Source: a virus. From it: a stretch of 64,000 nucleotides of DNA. Below are positions 59,578 to 64,000 of this stretch, piece after piece (the first letter of the stretch is position 1; every line of letters begins with the position of its first letter). The notes under the pieces were generated by a model. The model did not search any database. It was given only the letters and a program-made list of their open reading frames with translations, and was not told the origin of the DNA. The stretch covers positions 31,097 to 95,096 of the IMG/VR virus record IMGVR_UViG_3300047557_002467. The stretch is one strand, 5' to 3'. A program made the position numbers and the translations under genes.

Positions 59578-60246
59578 CTATTCTGGTACCTTATTAGTAT
59601 TTTCTAGCTTCTCTAATAGCTCTTTCATGTACTTAACAGCTATTTCTAGCTTGTTATTGATGTTATCAACCTCTTCTTGGTTCCTATGAAGCCTGTAAAC
59701 AAACATTTTATACTTAGATTCTACCCTTGGATCAAAGGAAATAAAGTCACACCAATCAGCATCAGCACATATAATATTTGACATACATTGGTAGTAGTAA
59801 TTGGGAGCTACTTTTTTGAAGTCGTTTTCATCTTTTATTAGTCCGTGCTTGAAATGATTTGCAGAAGAGAACGGACATTTTACTTCAATTATGCCTTTTG
59901 GTGGTAATAATCCGTCAGGAGAACCACCGTAATGCTCATTAACAGGAATGAATGAAGCCTTTTGAACCTCTAAATTGTTGGCTTCATTATAATACTGTAT
60001 CGCTACATCCTCCAATTCTGTACCCCATTCTAATGCAGCAGGCTTAGCACCAGTTGGATATGATACGTTTGGAGACCCTCCTAGGATTTCAGACACTCTT
60101 TCGAGTAGGTAAGTTTTGGCTGTTTCGGTTAATCCGTCCTCTTTTCGTCCGTTACCCATAATTTTATAGATCTCAGAACTTGTAATCTTTCCTTTTCTAA
60201 GTTCAAACCAGGCATCGGATCTTTGTTCAATAAGTAATTCACTCAT
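59578..60246 (-). CDS. YqaJ/lambda-type exonuclease
   Basis: QRSDAWFELRKGKITSS, WGTELE, GSPDG, IEVKCP, YYYQC, CDFISFDPR. Confidence 0.9.
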   Translation of the reverse strand: MSELLIEQRSDAWFELRKGKITSSEIYKIMGNGRKEDGLTETAKTYLLERVSEILGGSPNVSYPTGAKPAALEWGTELEDVAIQYYNEANNLEVQKASFIPVNEHYGGSPDGLLPPKGIIEVKCPFSSANHFKHGLIKDENDFKKVAPNYYYQCMSNIICADADWCDFISFDPRVESKYKMFVYRLHRNQEEVDNINNKLEIAVKYMKELLEKLENTNKVPE

Positions 60247-61169
60247 TTAAGTTGCATTTTTTTAAGCATTAACTCACCAAAAGTGAGCTGTTTAGCTGTA
60301 TGTAAGAATTTTGTCATGTTCTCAAAGCCAATATCCGAAGGATCTTTACCTTGTAGTTCGATCAAATAAACGTCTTTACCAAGGTTTATCAGTTGTTGAG
60401 AGTAGTTCAATGCTTCCTTTAAAGCATCGTTGTCTAGTGCTAAATAAACAGTTTTAACATCATTTTCAACTAGCTTCATCATGAGTGATTTCGGTATTGT
60501 TTTACCAAAAAGTGGAATGGCGTTACGTTTCAAAGCAATAGCATCAAAAATACCTTCACAAAGTATTACTGGTATCTTCCAGTTTATATAGTATTCGAAG
60601 CCTATTAACTCATTTTTATTGCAAGAAGGTGCATTGTATTTGCGTGCAGGATCTTTCTCAAATGACCTTGAAATGAAGTAATTAATCTGTCCATTCTTAT
60701 CGTAGGATGGAATGATGATAGAATTAGCATACTTTCCTGACTCACAATAACCTATGTTGTATTTTATAACATCAATATCTGTTATACCTCTTCTACCAAT
60801 GTAGGCTTTTGCGTGTCTGTAAGCTAGTTTTGTGCTTATTTTATTAAGAGGAACAAACTCTTTTGGAAGTTGTACAGCTGCGTATTTCTTTTCGTTTATT
60901 TCTACCTTTCCATCTGGAAAATAGGTTTTCATTTCTTGAATTTGTTCGCTACTAGCGTGAAGCTTTTTTAGCAAACTAACGAGATTTCTACCCTTTGTAG
61001 CTGGTTCACAAGTCCAACAATGGAAAAATCCAGTGTTTGGATCTATTTCTAATTTAGGTTTATGGTGTTTGCAGAACGGACAATGGAAGGCGTGATTACC
61101 TTTTGTAGATGGTTTAGATTTTCCTAAAACACTGTGTAATAAACCAAGAACTAACCTAGCTTTCTCCAT
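60243..61169 (-). CDS. DNA primase (zinc finger + TOPRIM)
   Basis: CPFC...HCWTC; EGIFDA; LALDND; KDPS. Confidence 0.9.
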   Translation of the reverse strand: MEKARLVLGLLHSVLGKSKPSTKGNHAFHCPFCKHHKPKLEIDPNTGFFHCWTCEPATKGRNLVSLLKKLHASSEQIQEMKTYFPDGKVEINEKKYAAVQLPKEFVPLNKISTKLAYRHAKAYIGRRGITDIDVIKYNIGYCESGKYANSIIIPSYDKNGQINYFISRSFEKDPARKYNAPSCNKNELIGFEYYINWKIPVILCEGIFDAIALKRNAIPLFGKTIPKSLMMKLVENDVKTVYLALDNDALKEALNYSQQLINLGKDVYLIELQGKDPSDIGFENMTKFLHTAKQLTFGELMLKKMQLK

Positions 61170-61173
61170 AAGA

Positions 61174-61203
61174 AAAAGATACGAAATTAATTCTACTCTT
61201 CAA
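61174..61203 (-). promoter_or_regulatory. Bacteroidota-type promoter-like site upstream of primase
   Basis: TTG-N19-TATCTTTT. Confidence 0.55.
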
Positions 61204-61660
61204 CCGTATTGATAAGATCTTTTCTAAAGAACTTTGCTAAGATATTATCGTTGTAAGATTTGTCTGTAGTTAAAACTCCTTGTACACATTGGTGATGCAT
61301 TTCCCAATAAGTTAACTGCTTTTTGTTATAACAGAGCTGTATTATCTCTTTTCTAAAATCCCCAGAGCCAGTTACTTTTAATTCCTCTAATAATGTCTTA
61401 TTAGATCCCCAATAGTCTAACCAATTAGTTTCCTTTGTTACCTTTTTGAAGATTGGCTTCTTGCCTGGTCCTTCTAATTCAGCAAGTTCTTTCTTAGTTA
61501 ATCTCTTTTTAGTAGTAGAGTATAAAGACTTCTTTCCGATATAAAACTTACCAGTCTTTATGTTTGTAATCTTGTACACGAATCCGACACATCCAACAGG
61601 AAACTTAGATATGTTATCGTACTCTTGTATGTTACCATTTATGTATATAAACCAATTCAT
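61193..61660 (-). CDS. GIY-YIG family nuclease
   Basis: GFVYKITN..TGKFYIGKK, YWGS, F.KEII, YNDNI. Confidence 0.75.
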   Translation of the reverse strand: MNWFIYINGNIQEYDNISKFPVGCVGFVYKITNIKTGKFYIGKKSLYSTTKKRLTKKELAELEGPGKKPIFKKVTKETNWLDYWGSNKTLLEELKVTGSGDFRKEIIQLCYNKKQLTYWEMHHQCVQGVLTTDKSYNDNILAKFFRKDLINTVEE

Positions 61661-61671
61661 TGATATTTGAA

Positions 61672-61983
61672 TTAACTATCCCACTTAACAATAAATGTAA
61701 TGTCCGTATTCTCAGGTATCGGATATGGTGTTGCTAATTTACCAACAACTAACAGTTGATTTGAATCATTGTAAAGTCCTATAGTAGTGGCGTATGGATT
61801 AAAAGCAGACCCTGTTACGTTATTTGCAAGTTGACCTCCACTGCCTGAAATACTTTGACTAAGTGCTGTTGGATTTTGAGTGTAGTTAAAATCGTTTTCT
61901 AACACTCTACACTTCACTTCATTTTGGTATATGGTAGTTTCACTACCTAAAGTTAACACATATGGTACGTAAGAAATAGGCAT
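61672..61983 (-). CDS. putative virion structural protein
   Basis: PYATTIGLYND..QLLVVGKL..P...DITFIVKWD; ATATTTAT motif at 61988-61995 directly upstream. Confidence 0.6.
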   Translation of the reverse strand: MPISYVPYVLTLGSETTIYQNEVKCRVLENDFNYTQNPTALSQSISGSGGQLANNVTGSAFNPYATTIGLYNDSNQLLVVGKLATPYPIPENTDITFIVKWDS

Positions 61984-61985
61984 AA

Positions 61986-62744
61986 TTATAAATATTCAGG
62001 AATCCAGTCTTTTAAAATACTATGTATATACTGCATTTCGTAGTCGTGTCTAATGTAGTGGTGTGTTAGATGCTTATTTATAAATGTTTTGGTTTCATTA
62101 TCCACTATCCTTTCTATTATAATCCTATGATAATCATGTTGAAAACCTTCTTTTTCTTCTAGAATATTCTTCTCTCTATGAAAAGGCCACCATCCATTTA
62201 ATGCAAAACGGTGTTCCTTATCACCTATAAAAACAGATTGTGATATCTTTTGATTATTTTCGTTCAACCAATTACCTACTACAACATCTTCAGAACCTCC
62301 ACTTGTATAGACCGGTCTATAGATTGGTGTAAATGTTTTAAAAAGCGATGGTGATATTATGTATCCTGATCCTCCCGAAGGAAATACTAAAGAGGGATTA
62401 TTAGGATAGCCACCCATAATAAGACCATAAAATTTACTTTTATCTAAATATGGTAAAAGATATTTTAAGTAGTTTACGTTCAAATAAGCATCGTCGTCTA
62501 TAAAGAATAAAAAGTCGTATTCATTAAGAAAGTCTGTTTCTATTACTTTATTAATTAAGTTTACAGTTTTCTCTTCATTACTATTGTAATTATCGTTATC
62601 TGAACCTGAGAATTCGTTGAATTCCCCTGTTATTTTGTCAGTAAGACAAACATAATCTAAACCTTTGAGCCAAGTATCTAAACAGTTATTAACTCTGTGT
62701 GAGTTCTTATGTGTAGTTTTTAGAATTATTTTACAGTTATCCAT
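61986..62744 (-). CDS. GT31/Fringe-like glycosyltransferase
   Basis: DTW, EEKT, FIDDDAY, SGGSGYIIS, SEDV..G.W. Confidence 0.7.
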   Translation of the reverse strand: MDNCKIILKTTHKNSHRVNNCLDTWLKGLDYVCLTDKITGEFNEFSGSDNDNYNSNEEKTVNLINKVIETDFLNEYDFLFFIDDDAYLNVNYLKYLLPYLDKSKFYGLIMGGYPNNPSLVFPSGGSGYIISPSLFKTFTPIYRPVYTSGGSEDVVVGNWLNENNQKISQSVFIGDKEHRFALNGWWPFHREKNILEEKEGFQHDYHRIIIERIVDNETKTFINKHLTHHYIRHDYEMQYIHSILKDWIPEYL

Positions 62745-63706
62745 TCCAATAAACAGCTTTTAGATTCAACATCTTTAATCTCTTGGTAGTAGTTGTAATT
62801 ACATCTTGTGTCTTTTATTCTTAACTCATATCCATAAGGTAGTTCGTTAACGTAAGCACCTTTATAAAAATTACCTCCACAAGAACAGGTTACTCCTGCA
62901 TTATGGTAGATTGATCTCTGATTCCAATATTCGATAGGATCTGTTGCCCAGCAAAAATCTAATCTTTTATCTACGATTGTTTCATGACCAAATAACCAAG
63001 CATTCCATAGCAATGACCACATTCCTGCAGTCCATTTTTGTATAGGATAGTCCCCATCATTAACCTTTTCGTAATTAGGTTCTATTGATATAAAGTAATT
63101 ATACATTTCTATAGAATCTCTCTCTACTTTATCCCAGTACTCGTATGTTGTATTCTTAACTAAATGTTGTGCTCCTCCTGAATTAGAGTTCATTAATTTA
63201 GGAATTAATGGATCTATTCCAACTATGTTACACATACCATTATACACATCGTAATTTGGTTGTATTTTAGTTTTAATGTATTGATGACCTATGTATCCTA
63301 CTGTGTCACTTAGATACCATTTGTCATCGTTAACCATAGGAGTTAAATCTAACTGACGAGTAAAAATAGTATCGCAATCAAACAAGAATAATGCTTCATT
63401 TTCAAGCTCAGGATAAGCTTTAATGTGTTGTTTTAGAATATTAAAATAGATTGAAGGAATGTAATTTTTTACAGGTCTAGTATCCTCATAAAAAAAGAAT
63501 CTTACATAATTGTAAGTGTCTGCAAGCTTTCTCCACATTGCAATATTCTCCTCATTCGACGTATCATCATTTGGATTTGTTGCAACTAAAATATCTAGGT
63601 TATTTAAGTTAATTCCTAACTTTTTAAAGTTGTGAATAACTACTTCTACTTGCCAAGTGTAATACTTAATTCTAGGCTGTACACAAATGTAACGTAAATT
63701 TTTCAT
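62726..63706 (-). CDS. GT-A glycosyltransferase resembling SGT1/HPAT (GT96/GT95) protein O-glycosyltransferases
   Basis: YYTWQ..V.IHNF, YIPS, LFDCDTIF (DxD), KWTAGMW. Confidence 0.5.
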   Translation of the reverse strand: MKNLRYICVQPRIKYYTWQVEVVIHNFKKLGINLNNLDILVATNPNDDTSNEENIAMWRKLADTYNYVRFFFYEDTRPVKNYIPSIYFNILKQHIKAYPELENEALFLFDCDTIFTRQLDLTPMVNDDKWYLSDTVGYIGHQYIKTKIQPNYDVYNGMCNIVGIDPLIPKLMNSNSGGAQHLVKNTTYEYWDKVERDSIEMYNYFISIEPNYEKVNDGDYPIQKWTAGMWSLLWNAWLFGHETIVDKRLDFCWATDPIEYWNQRSIYHNAGVTCSCGGNFYKGAYVNELPYGYELRIKDTRCNYNYYQEIKDVESKSCLLEWITVK

Positions 63707-63724
63707 AACAAATATTATTTTATA

Positions 63725-64000
63725 TTAACAGAATGCAGAACCAATTATTGCTCCTATTCCACTTACTCTTATCCATCTAGTATTTAAAGCATTAGGACAA
63801 CCAACAGCTAAGCAGTAATAACCTGCTGGTGCTGGTATTGTAAATGCCGGATCTGTTGTTAATCCTGAGAATAGATTAAGTGTTGCTGAGTTAGAGTAGT
63901 AGGTTGCTGATGTTGGTTCAGCACAAGCTTCTGTACCTCCAATAGCACTAAACTTCATCGAAAACGCATAGATTCCGGGTGGAAGTGTTGTGGTAGTAGT
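63725..64000 (-). CDS. C-terminal part of a Thr-linker virion-type protein (5'-truncated by window edge)
   Basis: Frame stays open upstream of 63958 to the edge: TTTTTLPPGIYAFS-MKFS...; Cys-containing C-terminal domain. Confidence 0.65.
   Translation of the reverse strand, partial: TTTTTLPPGIYAFSMKFSAIGGTEACAEPTSATYYSNSATLNLFSGLTTDPAFTIPAPAGYYCLAVGCPNALNTRWIRVSGIGAIIGSAFC

Noticed and set aside
61193-61660. GIY-YIG gene as a mobile homing endonuclease or intron
   Set aside because: Single short domain without a DNA-binding tail, and it interrupts no gene; mobility is unsupported.
9331-61995. Plus-strand TATAAATA read as canonical T4 late promoters
   Set aside because: Wrong orientation for all genes; many copies are TAATAAATA; the conserved element is positioned relative to minus-strand starts.
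1-64000. Stop-codon reassignment as in some large Bacteroidota phages
   Set aside because: Core genes are full length and tightly packed under the standard code, ending at TAA, TAG and TGA.
1-64000. tRNA, rRNA, introns or inteins
   Set aside because: Intergenic gaps are too short or lack tRNA motifs; terminase, portal, MCP and primase have ordinary lengths without intein signatures.

Overview
AT-rich fragment of a large T4-like (myovirus-type) phage genome, probably infecting a Bacteroidota host (three TTG-N19/20-TAnnTT promoter-like sites, no obvious Shine-Dalgarno motifs). All credible genes are on the minus strand. In transcription order (right to left): a partial Thr-linker protein and two glycosyltransferases; GIY-YIG nuclease, primase, YqaJ exonuclease; a ~22 kb block of small proteins surrounding a GH19 lysin, terminase and portal; prohead protease, scaffold, major capsid protein, PhoH, neck/tail-completion genes; three giant fibre genes with LamG proteins; and a glycosyltransferase/methyltransferase cluster. 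The most striking feature is a family of 11 otherwise mostly unrelated, acidic proteins sharing the N-terminal leader (I/L)NEV(R/K)QLQKIAGLL(K/R/N)E-D-x-D-L-S-D-N-P. This leader resembles the C-terminal end of the scaffold protein (RWQQLAGIR) and ends in a T4 gp21-type L-x-E cleavage site, suggesting a modular capsid-loading tag plus cargo system. An invariant GGTCTT hexamer sits inside the tag. A second candidate system is phage-encoded O-glycosylation of virion proteins (SGT1/HPAT-like and GT31-like enzymes, poly-Thr linkers, pervasive [ST]-[GAS]-S motifs). All family assignments are from motif recognition by eye, not database searches.
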